From positions 1 to 45,377 of the forward strand of contig CBHWED010000001.1 of the NCBI GenBank assembly GCA_966112795.1: DNA of 45,377 nucleotides, read 5' to 3'. The notes beneath the pieces were generated by a model. The model ran no database searches. It saw only the letters and a list, made by a program, of their open reading frames with translations, and had not been told where the DNA came from. Shown in pieces: positions 8,175 through 16,445 of this stretch (positions are counted from its first letter, which is position 1; each line of letters opens with the position of its first letter). Origin of the DNA: an uncultured bacterium. GTDB lineage: Bacteria; Pseudomonadota; Alphaproteobacteria; Sphingomonadales; Sphingomonadaceae. Both the position numbers and the translations under genes were made by a program.

Positions 8175-9872
8175 CTAGGCGCCGACGACCGGCAGGCCGT
8201 CGTAAGTCGCCAGCCAGTTGTACAGCGGATAAGCCTGGCCTGCGCGCGGCCCCTGGGCGAACCGGTACAGTGAGACGGCATCGTCGCTGTCGCGCACGTT
8301 GGTCGCCGGCTGGGCGCGGTCGACCGAAAGCCGCTCGCCGACGGTGAACGTGCCGGGGCGGTAGATCTCGGCGGTCGCGCCGAGCAGCGTCGTGCGGCCG
8401 CCCGCGAGCTCGTAGCGGCGAATGACGACGCTGGTCCCGGACTGGCCGATCGCGGATACCGGTCCGTCGCGCAGCGCCTTGTCGAGCGCAGCCGAATGAT
8501 CGCCCTGGAGGGTGATGGCCACGGCCGGATTGCCGTTCACCGTCGCGTTGCCGACAGCGACGATCGGCTGCCCGGCAAGCGCCTCGAACCGGCCCGAAGC
8601 GCCGATACGCAGCTTGGCGCCGGCGGGGATCGCCGGAAACTGCAGCCGGATGGTCGTGGCATCGACGATCGCCAGCGAGGTCGGCAGCGTCCGCGCCCAG
8701 CCGCCGACAGGGCCGGTGTAGAGCCCGAAGCCCCAGCCTTCGATGGTCGGCCAGCTCTCGGTGTCGAGGACGATCGAGCCGCGCGGCACATGCAGCAGGA
8801 CGTCGACCTCGGTCGCCGAGACGCGCGTCGCGCGCAACGCGCGCATCGGCTGCCAGGCCTCGCCGCCCATGACCCGGGCGCCGACCTTGGCGACCATCTC
8901 GCCGATCCAGCGCTGTCCATCGGCGCAATAATGGATCGCGGAATCCGGGTGGACGGTCGCGAGCCAGGCCGAGGGCATCTGGTAGCGGGGGCCGACCACG
9001 ACGGCGAGCGGTGAGGCGTCGCTGGCATCGAGCCAGGCGGTGGGAGTGAGCGTGTTGAAGCACGCCGGGGTGACGAGGCACGGCGTCGGCGCTGCCTTGC
9101 CGAGGCGCGTGCGCATCTCGCGATCGAAGGTCTCGACCATGGTCACCGCGCGCGCCGCATAGTCGGCGACGAGCTGCGCGGCCGGCACGGCCGGGCGATT
9201 GCGGTACACGTTCATCGTGCCACGCTCGGCCTCGCCCTGGTCGTAGTTCCAGAACGGCACCTGGAAGTTGGCGTTGCGCGCTGTGGCGCCGGCCCTGGCG
9301 CGCTCGATGTCGTCGAGCATGGTCGGCCAGAAGCCGCCCGGCGCGAGCGCGCCCGCCTCGCCGCTCGCCGCGTGGTTCTCGGGGCCGAGCTCGGTGAGCA
9401 GGCGCGAGCCTTCGGCAACGTCCGAGACGAGCACCTGGTGGCGGTCCAACACCGGCGTGCGCGTGGCGAGGACCTCGCTCTTGAGCCGGTCGGCGAGCCC
9501 GGTCGCGCGGGTCTCGTTGCCGATCGCGACGAGGCCGACCAGGGCGAAGTCGGTCGCCGGGCGCGAGGCCGGAGCCTGCGGGTTCTTGAGCCGGTCCCAG
9601 GTCTGCACGCCCTGCGAGAACATCAGGTTGCCCCACGGGCTCGCCGCGCCCGAGAGCACCGGCTTGGCATCGGCGCCGGCGGCGTTCGACTGGCCCATCA
9701 CCGGGACGTGGTAGATCGTCGAGGGCGGCGGAGTCGGCGTGGGCGTCGGAGGCGGCGTGGGAGCCGGCGAAGGCGTCGGGGACGACCCGCCGCCGCCGCA
9801 CGCGCTGAGGCCCAGCCCCGCGAAGAGGGCAAGGCTCGCGCGCCGCGTCAGCGGCACATTTCGACCCGTCAT
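8175..9872 (-). CDS. Tat lipoprotein with SGNH/SASA (sialate O-acetylesterase-like) domain
   Basis: TRR twin-arginine plus LSAC lipobox, Pro/Thr linker, then GQSN (block I), QGEAE (block III) and DSAIHY (catalytic His). Confidence 0.75.
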   Translation of the reverse strand: MTGRNVPLTRRASLALFAGLGLSACGGGGSSPTPSPAPTPPPTPTPTPPPSTIYHVPVMGQSNAAGADAKPVLSGAASPWGNLMFSQGVQTWDRLKNPQAPASRPATDFALVGLVAIGNETRATGLADRLKSEVLATRTPVLDRHQVLVSDVAEGSRLLTELGPENHAASGEAGALAPGGFWPTMLDDIERARAGATARNANFQVPFWNYDQGEAERGTMNVYRNRPAVPAAQLVADYAARAVTMVETFDREMRTRLGKAAPTPCLVTPACFNTLTPTAWLDASDASPLAVVVGPRYQMPSAWLATVHPDSAIHYCADGQRWIGEMVAKVGARVMGGEAWQPMRALRATRVSATEVDVLLHVPRGSIVLDTESWPTIEGWGFGLYTGPVGGWARTLPTSLAIVDATTIRLQFPAIPAGAKLRIGASGRFEALAGQPIVAVGNATVNGNPAVAITLQGDHSAALDKALRDGPVSAIGQSGTSVVIRRYELAGGRTTLLGATAEIYRPGTFTVGERLSVDRAQPATNVRDSDDAVSLYRFAQGPRAGQAYPLYNWLATYDGLPVVGA

Positions 9873-10017
9873 TATTACCCCCGTCACAGGCGCGGCGAAG
9901 CCGTCTCCCCTCGGGAACTTCATGAGCCGGGCGGCAATGCCAGTCAACACGCCGCGAGGGCGATCGCGACGAAATCGGAGTCAACGAGGATGCTTAAGCG
10001 AAAACAAGGTCTAACGG

Positions 10018-11832
10018 TCAGAACCGCCAGTACAGCGGGACGACCGCGACGGTGACGATCAGCGCCCAGGCCATGACGATCAGGCCGAGCTTCCAGAAGT
10101 CGCCGAAGCGGTAGCCTCCGGGGCCGTAGACCATCATGCTGACGCCGTTGGCGAACGGGGTCAGGAACGAGGCGCTCGCGCCCATCGCGACGGCGAGCAT
10201 CATCGGCAGCGCGTTGACCTCGAGCTCGGACGCGGTGGCGAGGCCGATCGGCATCATGACCAGCGCCGAGGAGGTGTTGGAGATGAACTGCGAGACCGTC
10301 GCCGAAACCACGAACAGCCCCGCGAGCACCGCGAGCGGGCCGAACTCGCCGAGCGCGCTGACCACCTGATCGCCGATCAGCGCGGCCGCGCCGGTGTTGG
10401 TCATCGCGGTCGCCGGGGGGATCATCGCGCCGATCAGGAGGCAGGTGTTCCAGTCGATCCCGCGATAGACTTGCGGCAGGCGAACCACGCCGGCGACGAC
10501 CATCAGCGTGGCGCACAACACCGCGGCGATCGGCGCGGGGACGAGTTCGAAGGCCAGCAGGACGATCAGCAGCAGCAGGATCGCCAGCGCCGGGCGCGCG
10601 CCGGGGCCGAGCGCGACCGCTTGCTTCTTGACCACTTCGGGCGAGTCGACGACGAGCAGGTTGGGATCGGCCAGATGCTGGTCGAGCGCTTTCCAGGTGC
10701 CCTGCAGCAGCAGGTGATCGCCGGCCTGGAGCACGCGCGCTTCCTGGCGCATCGGGCCCTCGCCGCGTTGAACGGCGAGGACCATGAGCTCGCCGTCCTC
10801 GGTGGCCATGCCGGGGAACGCGGTCCGGCCGATCATCTTCGAGCGCATCGGGATGACCACTTCGGCGAGACCCGAGGTGCGGCTGAACAGCACGTCGGCG
10901 ACCGGGGCCTGCTCGTCGCGCGCGCGGATCGCGAGGTGGCTCTCGGTGGCGAGGCGGCCGGCGGCGTCGGCCTCGCCGCGGACCAGCACGAGATCGCCGG
11001 GCTCGATGGTCTCACGCTGGAGCGGCGTGCTGCCATCACCTTCGAGCACGGCGACGAGGCTGAGACCCGGATAGGCGGCGAGGTCGATGCCGGTGCGCGG
11101 CTGGCCGGCGTAAGGCGAGCTGTCGCGCACGCGCAAGTAGTGGAGGCCGTCGTCGAGCCGGTACTGCTCGACGAGCGTGTGCGCGTGGGCGCTGAAGTCG
11201 GCGGGGATCGACTGGCTGCGGCGCTCGGGGAGGAGCCTGGGACCGAAGAGGATCGTGATCGCGATCGTCCCCGCGAGCAGCGGTACGCCGAGCACCGCCC
11301 ATTCGAAGAACGCGATGTGGCCGACGCCGGCCTCCTCGGCCTGGGTGGCGGCGATCACGTTGACCGGCGTACCGAGCAGGGTCAGCTTCGAGCCGGTCAG
11401 GCAGGCGAAGGCGAGCGGGATCATCAGCTTGGACGGGGCGACCTGGCTCCGGACGGCGACCACCACGGCGACCGGCAGCATCGCCGCGACCGCGCCGTTC
11501 ATGCCGATCATGCCGCTGAAAAGCGCGGCGACGACCATGATCGCGACCATCCGCCAGGTCTCGTTGCTGCCGGTGTGGCGCATCAGCAGCTGCCCGGCCC
11601 AGGCGCCGACGCCGGCGGTCTCGAGCCCGAGCGCGATCGTGAGCAGCGCGGCGATCAGGATCACCACCGGGTCGCCGAACCCGCCGATGGTCTCGCCCGG
11701 CGTGAGGATGCCGGCGAAGAACAACACCAGCGAGGCGCCGATCGCGACCACCACCGCAGGCACCCGGTTCCACGCGAACATCACCAGCGCGGCGAGGATG
11801 ACCGCGAGCGTGATGGCGATCGGGGTGGTCAA
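10018..11832 (-). CDS. SLC13/CitMHS-type permease with two TrkA-C domains
   Basis: TTG start 9 nt after the upstream stop. TM blocks flank two RCK_C domains. Motifs 'LTLLGTPVNVI', 'ISNTSSALVMMPI', 'ASASFLTP..N.MVYGPGGYRFGDF'. Confidence 0.88.
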   Translation of the reverse strand: MTTPIAITLAVILAALVMFAWNRVPAVVVAIGASLVLFFAGILTPGETIGGFGDPVVILIAALLTIALGLETAGVGAWAGQLLMRHTGSNETWRMVAIMVVAALFSGMIGMNGAVAAMLPVAVVVAVRSQVAPSKLMIPLAFACLTGSKLTLLGTPVNVIAATQAEEAGVGHIAFFEWAVLGVPLLAGTIAITILFGPRLLPERRSQSIPADFSAHAHTLVEQYRLDDGLHYLRVRDSSPYAGQPRTGIDLAAYPGLSLVAVLEGDGSTPLQRETIEPGDLVLVRGEADAAGRLATESHLAIRARDEQAPVADVLFSRTSGLAEVVIPMRSKMIGRTAFPGMATEDGELMVLAVQRGEGPMRQEARVLQAGDHLLLQGTWKALDQHLADPNLLVVDSPEVVKKQAVALGPGARPALAILLLLIVLLAFELVPAPIAAVLCATLMVVAGVVRLPQVYRGIDWNTCLLIGAMIPPATAMTNTGAAALIGDQVVSALGEFGPLAVLAGLFVVSATVSQFISNTSSALVMMPIGLATASELEVNALPMMLAVAMGASASFLTPFANGVSMMVYGPGGYRFGDFWKLGLIVMAWALIVTVAVVPLYWRF

Positions 11833-11840
11833 GGCCGCGC

Positions 11841-13499
11841 TCAGTAGCCGAGCGCGGCGCCGTCGCCGCGCGGGTCCGCCCCGCCTTCGTAGAACCCTTG
11901 CGCGCGGTTGACGCGGATTGCCTGGGCGTGGCCGAGGTTGTCGTTCCAGTCGGGGACCATCTGGATCGGCTGCCCGCGCCGCTTGAGCTCGCGCGCGACT
12001 TCGTCGGAAATGCGGCCCTCGAGCGAGAGGTTGCGCGTGCGGGTGCCCCAGGTGCGGCCCATGAGCCAGCGCGGCGCCTCGATCGCCTGCTGCACGTCGT
12101 AGCCGAAATCGACCATGCGCGTGACCAGCGCGGCCTGGGTCTGCGGCTGCCCTTCCCCGCCCATCGAGCCGTAGGCGAGGTACGGCTGGCCGTCGCGCAG
12201 GAGCATCGCCGGAATCAGCGTATGGAACGTGCGCTTGCCGGGCTGCAGGTGATTGGGATGCGCCTCGTCGAGCGAGAAGAATGCGCCGCGGTTCTGCAGG
12301 ATCACCCCGGTGTCGCCGCAGACCACGCCGGTGCCGAAGTCGTGGTAGATCGACTGGATCAGCGAGACGACCATGCCGTCGCGATCGGCGGCGCAGAAAT
12401 AGCAGGTATCGCCGCCGGGCGCGCGGCGCTCGTGCTGGCCCCCGTAAGCCACGCCCGGCTGCACCTGGGCGATGTCGAGCGCGCGCTCGGGGTCGATCAG
12501 CCGGCGGCGCTCGTCGATGTATGACTGGCTGATGAGCTTCTGCAGCGGGATCTCGACGAACCGCGGGTCGGTCAGCCATTCCTCGCGGTCGGCGAAGGCG
12601 ATCTTCACCGCCTCGGCCATGTGGTGGTAGTAGTCGGCCGTGCCCTCGCCCCACGCGGTCACGTCGTAGCCGCCGAGCAGGTGGAGGATCTGTAGCGCGG
12701 TGAAGCCCTGGGTGCTCGGCGGGAGCTGGTAGACGTCGTAGCCGCGGTAGGAGCCGGTGATCGGCTCGACCCATTCGGCGTGGAACGCGGCGAAGTCGCC
12801 GGCCTCGAGCGGCGAGCCGCCGGGCATCAGCGCCGCGCACATGCGCTCGGCGATGCCGCCTTCGTAGAACCCGCGCGCGCCTTCGTTGCCGATCTGGTCG
12901 AGCGTGTTCGCGAGGTCGCGCTGCACCAGCCGCTCGCCATCGCGCGGCACGCGACCGCCGGGGAGAAACACGGCCGCGGTGGCCGGATAGGCGGAGAGGA
13001 TCGGCTCGTCCTGCGCGGTCCAGTCGGCGAGCGAGCGGGTCACCGGCATGCCTTCGCGCGCATAGCCGATCGCGGGCTCGAACAGCGCGCGCCACGGCAT
13101 GCGGCCGAATCGCTCGTGGGCGAGGCGCCAGCCGTCGATCGCACCGGGAACGGTCAGCGCACCGAGCGGTCCGCGCGCAGGGATTTCGCCGTCCTTGGCC
13201 CGCGGCCGGTAATAGTCGAGCGTCGCCTTGGCGGCGGCCGGCCCGCTGGCGTTGAGGCCGTGGACCTTGCCGCTGCCGGGCTCGGCGATCAGCCAGAACC
13301 CGTCGCCGCCGAGCCCGGCCATGTGCGGATAGACCACACACAGCACGGCATTGGCCGCGATTGCCGCGTCGACCGCGCTACCGCCTTGCCGCAAGATGCC
13401 GAGCCCGGCCGCGCTGGCGAGGTAGTGCGGGGTCGAAACCACGCCGTTCGGAGCATAAGTCGGCGGGCGTCCCGTGCGGGGACCGTTGGGATGACTCAT
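11841..13499 (-). CDS. Gamma-glutamyltransferase family Ntn-hydrolase, HpxW (oxamate amidohydrolase)-like
   Basis: GGSAVDAAIA, GLGGDGFW, catalytic 'GD/TCYF', IQSIYHDFG, QNRG, PGKRTFHTL, GSMGGEGQPQ, PRWLMGRTWG, ADPRGDG. No signal peptide. Confidence 0.9.
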   Translation of the reverse strand: MSHPNGPRTGRPPTYAPNGVVSTPHYLASAAGLGILRQGGSAVDAAIAANAVLCVVYPHMAGLGGDGFWLIAEPGSGKVHGLNASGPAAAKATLDYYRPRAKDGEIPARGPLGALTVPGAIDGWRLAHERFGRMPWRALFEPAIGYAREGMPVTRSLADWTAQDEPILSAYPATAAVFLPGGRVPRDGERLVQRDLANTLDQIGNEGARGFYEGGIAERMCAALMPGGSPLEAGDFAAFHAEWVEPITGSYRGYDVYQLPPSTQGFTALQILHLLGGYDVTAWGEGTADYYHHMAEAVKIAFADREEWLTDPRFVEIPLQKLISQSYIDERRRLIDPERALDIAQVQPGVAYGGQHERRAPGGDTCYFCAADRDGMVVSLIQSIYHDFGTGVVCGDTGVILQNRGAFFSLDEAHPNHLQPGKRTFHTLIPAMLLRDGQPYLAYGSMGGEGQPQTQAALVTRMVDFGYDVQQAIEAPRWLMGRTWGTRTRNLSLEGRISDEVARELKRRGQPIQMVPDWNDNLGHAQAIRVNRAQGFYEGGADPRGDGAALGY

Positions 13500-13572
13500 C
13501 ACGCCTCCTCGCCCCCCGCACGATGGCGGGGCAGGCATCGATCATTCCCTCCCGAACTTCGCAGGCGCCGCG

Positions 13573-13794
13573 CTACGACGCGCGATCGTCGAATTCCAAG
13601 CCGACGTCCCGGATCGTATCGCCCGAGTGGTCCATGTAGCGGGTCAGCACCGGCAGCAACCCGCCGATCACCAGGCTGCTGAGCCCGGTCCACCAGACGA
13701 AGTTGCCGCCGCCGGTCGTGCCCGCGCTGATGATCGGGAACGCCGCGAACAGCAGCACCAGCGCCAAGGTTTCGGTGACCAGTTTCTTGTCCAC
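13573..13794 (-). CDS. Small two-TM membrane protein
   Basis: 73 aa with two hydrophobic segments and a GGAGG RBS; starts 10 nt after the permease stop. Confidence 0.75.
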   Translation of the reverse strand: MDKKLVTETLALVLLFAAFPIISAGTTGGGNFVWWTGLSSLVIGGLLPVLTRYMDHSGDTIRDVGLEFDDRAS

Positions 13795-13804
13795 GCGAGC
13801 CTCC

Positions 13805-15430
13805 TCAGCCGAGCACGATCATCGCCACCGTGGCCACGCCGGTGAGCACGGCGACGACCACGGTCCAAGGCATCGTCAGGCGCAGGACCGAGCCTTCCTG
13901 GCCCTTGATCCCGGCGATGCTGGTGCCGAGCACGATGTTGGCAGGCGCGATCGCGTTGCCGTAGGCGCTGCCGGCGGCCTGCGCGGCGATCACGGTCTCG
14001 ACCGGCAAGCCGTGCAGTTCGGCGACGCCGCTCTGCACGCCGCCGAACAACACGTTCGAGGCGGTACTGCTCGAGGTCATGAACGCGCCGAGCGCGCCGA
14101 TCACGCTGGCGAGGCCGGCATAGACCAGCGGCGGCGCGACCGCGGCGAGGCCGAAGGCGATGGTCAGCGACTGGCCGCTATGGTCGAGGATGCGGCTGGT
14201 CACGAGGAAAGCGATGATCGGCACCGAGGCCGGCACCGCATCGATCAGCAGCGCGCGCCAGAGCCGCTCGGGCGCCTCGCGCTGGGCCCAGGCGCGGTAG
14301 TAGCCGCCGGCGCGATAGATGAACCAGACGAGGATCGCGGTGACCAGCAGCATCATCCCCGGATGCGTGAACGGCGCGATCGGAGCGTAGCGCGCAACCG
14401 CAGCGTTATGGATGCCAAAGCCGGTGCTCACTTCGGGAAACGGCAGCCCGATGCGTACCTCGCGCAGCAGCGCGTTGAGCGGCGGGATCAGCAGGACGCT
14501 CAGTGTGACCGCGGTGAGGATGGCGTAGGGTACGAACGACATTGCCAGGGTCATCACCGGCGCAGCCTCGCTTTGCCTGTCGAGCGCGCGCTCGGCCATC
14601 GCCGGGCGCTCGGGGATGCCGGTGACCGGTTCGCCGTAGCGGCGCCAGCGCGACAGCGGATAGAGCGCGAGCAGCGCGACCGCCGCGGCGAGGAAGGTCG
14701 ACAGCTCGGGGCTGAACAGCGCGACGAGCAACTGGCCGACGCCGAGGATCGTGCCGAGGATCAGCACCAGCGGCCAGGCATGGCGGATCGCCGCCCAGCG
14801 GCCGTAGAGCCACACGACGAGGAGCCCGCCGAGGTAGTTCGAGATGCAGATCAGCAGGGCGGATTCGAACGCCGCGCGGGTGATATCGGTTACGTCGGCG
14901 ACCTGCAGCGTGGCCAGCCAGCCGACGCCGAGCGTGCCGAAGAACCGCGCCCAGGCGTGCGCGAGGACGCCCATCGCCACCGCGTAGACCGGCCTGACCC
15001 CGATCGCGATCAGCAGCGGCACGACCACCGCGACCGGCGCGCCGAACCCGGCGATGCCCTGCAGGAACGAGGCGAAGACCCAGCACAGCGCGAGGATGAT
15101 GAACAGCTCGTTGCGGCTGAACTTCGAGATCCCTTGCCTCAGCGCATCGTAGGCGCCGGCCTGCTTGGTCACCTGGTAGAGCAGCAGCGCGGGCCAGATC
15201 ACGTAGAGGATGAAGATCGCGTCCCACACCCCCTTGCCGCCGGCGACAGCGAGCGTTTCCCACGGCGTGCGGAAAGCGACGAGCGCGACGATGCCGGCGA
15301 CGAACATCGCCATCGGCCCGGCCTCGGGCGCACGCCAGCGCAAGGGCACGAGAAAGACCAGCAGCGCGACGATAGAGAGTATCGCCAGCAGCCAATGCAG
15401 AACGTCGACCGGTACCTGGACCGTCTCCAT
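13805..15430 (-). CDS. L-lactate permease family (LctP) transporter
   Basis: 'FASFLQGIAGFGAPVAV..PLL..IG..P', 'GAFMTSSST.SN.LFG..Q', 'AAQ..G.A.GN.IAP.NI'. ATG at 15430 with GGAGG RBS. Confidence 0.88.
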   Translation of the reverse strand: METVQVPVDVLHWLLAILSIVALLVFLVPLRWRAPEAGPMAMFVAGIVALVAFRTPWETLAVAGGKGVWDAIFILYVIWPALLLYQVTKQAGAYDALRQGISKFSRNELFIILALCWVFASFLQGIAGFGAPVAVVVPLLIAIGVRPVYAVAMGVLAHAWARFFGTLGVGWLATLQVADVTDITRAAFESALLICISNYLGGLLVVWLYGRWAAIRHAWPLVLILGTILGVGQLLVALFSPELSTFLAAAVALLALYPLSRWRRYGEPVTGIPERPAMAERALDRQSEAAPVMTLAMSFVPYAILTAVTLSVLLIPPLNALLREVRIGLPFPEVSTGFGIHNAAVARYAPIAPFTHPGMMLLVTAILVWFIYRAGGYYRAWAQREAPERLWRALLIDAVPASVPIIAFLVTSRILDHSGQSLTIAFGLAAVAPPLVYAGLASVIGALGAFMTSSSTASNVLFGGVQSGVAELHGLPVETVIAAQAAGSAYGNAIAPANIVLGTSIAGIKGQEGSVLRLTMPWTVVVAVLTGVATVAMIVLG

Positions 15431-15680
15431 ACGTTCCTCCGCCGATCGTCTGTCGCCAAATGCCGCGGGTTTAAGAACCGGTGCGGACGCAAACGGGAAA
15501 ACCGGGCGACACTGCGGGGCGGGATACTTTTGCCGCAATGGCCAATGACTTGCAACCACCGGCGCGCGAACATGCGTTATGCCGCGGGCGCGACGGTCCG
15601 GGCCGTTGTCGTTGCCTGACGCGTGCCCGCTTCGCTGCTATGTCGGGCCCTGGTGTCGCGACACGGCGGAGGCTGCCGCG

Positions 15681-16376
15681 ATGCCGGACGATCATCCCGG
15701 GTTCGACCACTGGAATCCCCGCGACCCAGACCACCCGTTCCCGGTCGGCGATTTCGAGCTCAAATGGGGCACGGAGGACGGCGCCAAGGGCGAAGTCGAT
15801 CTCACCCTGCCCCAGAAGCAGCCCGCCCGCGCGACGGTGGCCGAGAGCTACATCGGCGTGATCAGGTCGGCGCAGCTATGGTGCGCGATCGAGTGCGTGA
15901 ATGACCTTGCGGGCAATCTCGTGTGCCAGGCGGTGCTGCGTGGGCGGCACGTGCACTGGTACCCGGGCCACGGCGAGAGCGAAGGCGGGCCGGTGCAGGA
16001 GATCCGCCTGTCGATGGCCGACATGCGCAACTGGGGCGGCCGCGAGGCGCTCGCCGCGCACGGGCCGCACTGCGACCTGTTCTGCGTCGATTGGACGGTG
16101 CGCGAGTCCAAGGTCCACTTCGAGATCATGGTCATGCACTTCGGCATGACCGTGCAGGGGTTCCTCGACATGCGCGAGCGCAACAATCGCGAGGCCGAGC
16201 GGCTGCCGCTGCGGCCGCCGGAGTTCGTGCCGCTGCCGCATCCGGGAACGCCGACGCCGAAGCCCAAGCCGCCCGACCCCGGGCCCGACGGGGCCATGGT
16301 GCCCGAGCGGCCCGGCGGGCTGTTCGGAGGCCTGGTGGCGCTGGTGAAGCGACTCGTGCGGGCTGTGTTCGGATAA
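15681..16376 (+). CDS. Hypothetical protein with Pro-rich linker and C-terminal amphipathic helix
   Basis: GGAGG RBS, host-like codon usage, followed by a terminator hairpin. Confidence 0.75.
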   Translation: MPDDHPGFDHWNPRDPDHPFPVGDFELKWGTEDGAKGEVDLTLPQKQPARATVAESYIGVIRSAQLWCAIECVNDLAGNLVCQAVLRGRHVHWYPGHGESEGGPVQEIRLSMADMRNWGGREALAAHGPHCDLFCVDWTVRESKVHFEIMVMHFGMTVQGFLDMRERNNREAERLPLRPPEFVPLPHPGTPTPKPKPPDPGPDGAMVPERPGGLFGGLVALVKRLVRAVFG

Positions 16377-16389
16377 GGCGCGGATGCAA

Positions 16390-16417
16390 GAAGGCCCCGG
16401 CTCACGCCGGGGCCTTC
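16390..16417. terminator. Intrinsic terminator hairpin between convergent genes
   Basis: GAAGGCCCCGGC-tcac-GCCGGGGCCTTC, a perfect 12-bp stem. Confidence 0.8.
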
Positions 16418-16445
16418 GTGTTCGAGTAACTCGCCGCGCGCGGCG

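Noticed and set aside
11832-13341. 1107-aa fusion ORF extending the SLC13 permease upstream
   Set aside because: The extension is an alternate frame over the GGT-family gene; the permease starts at TTG 11832.
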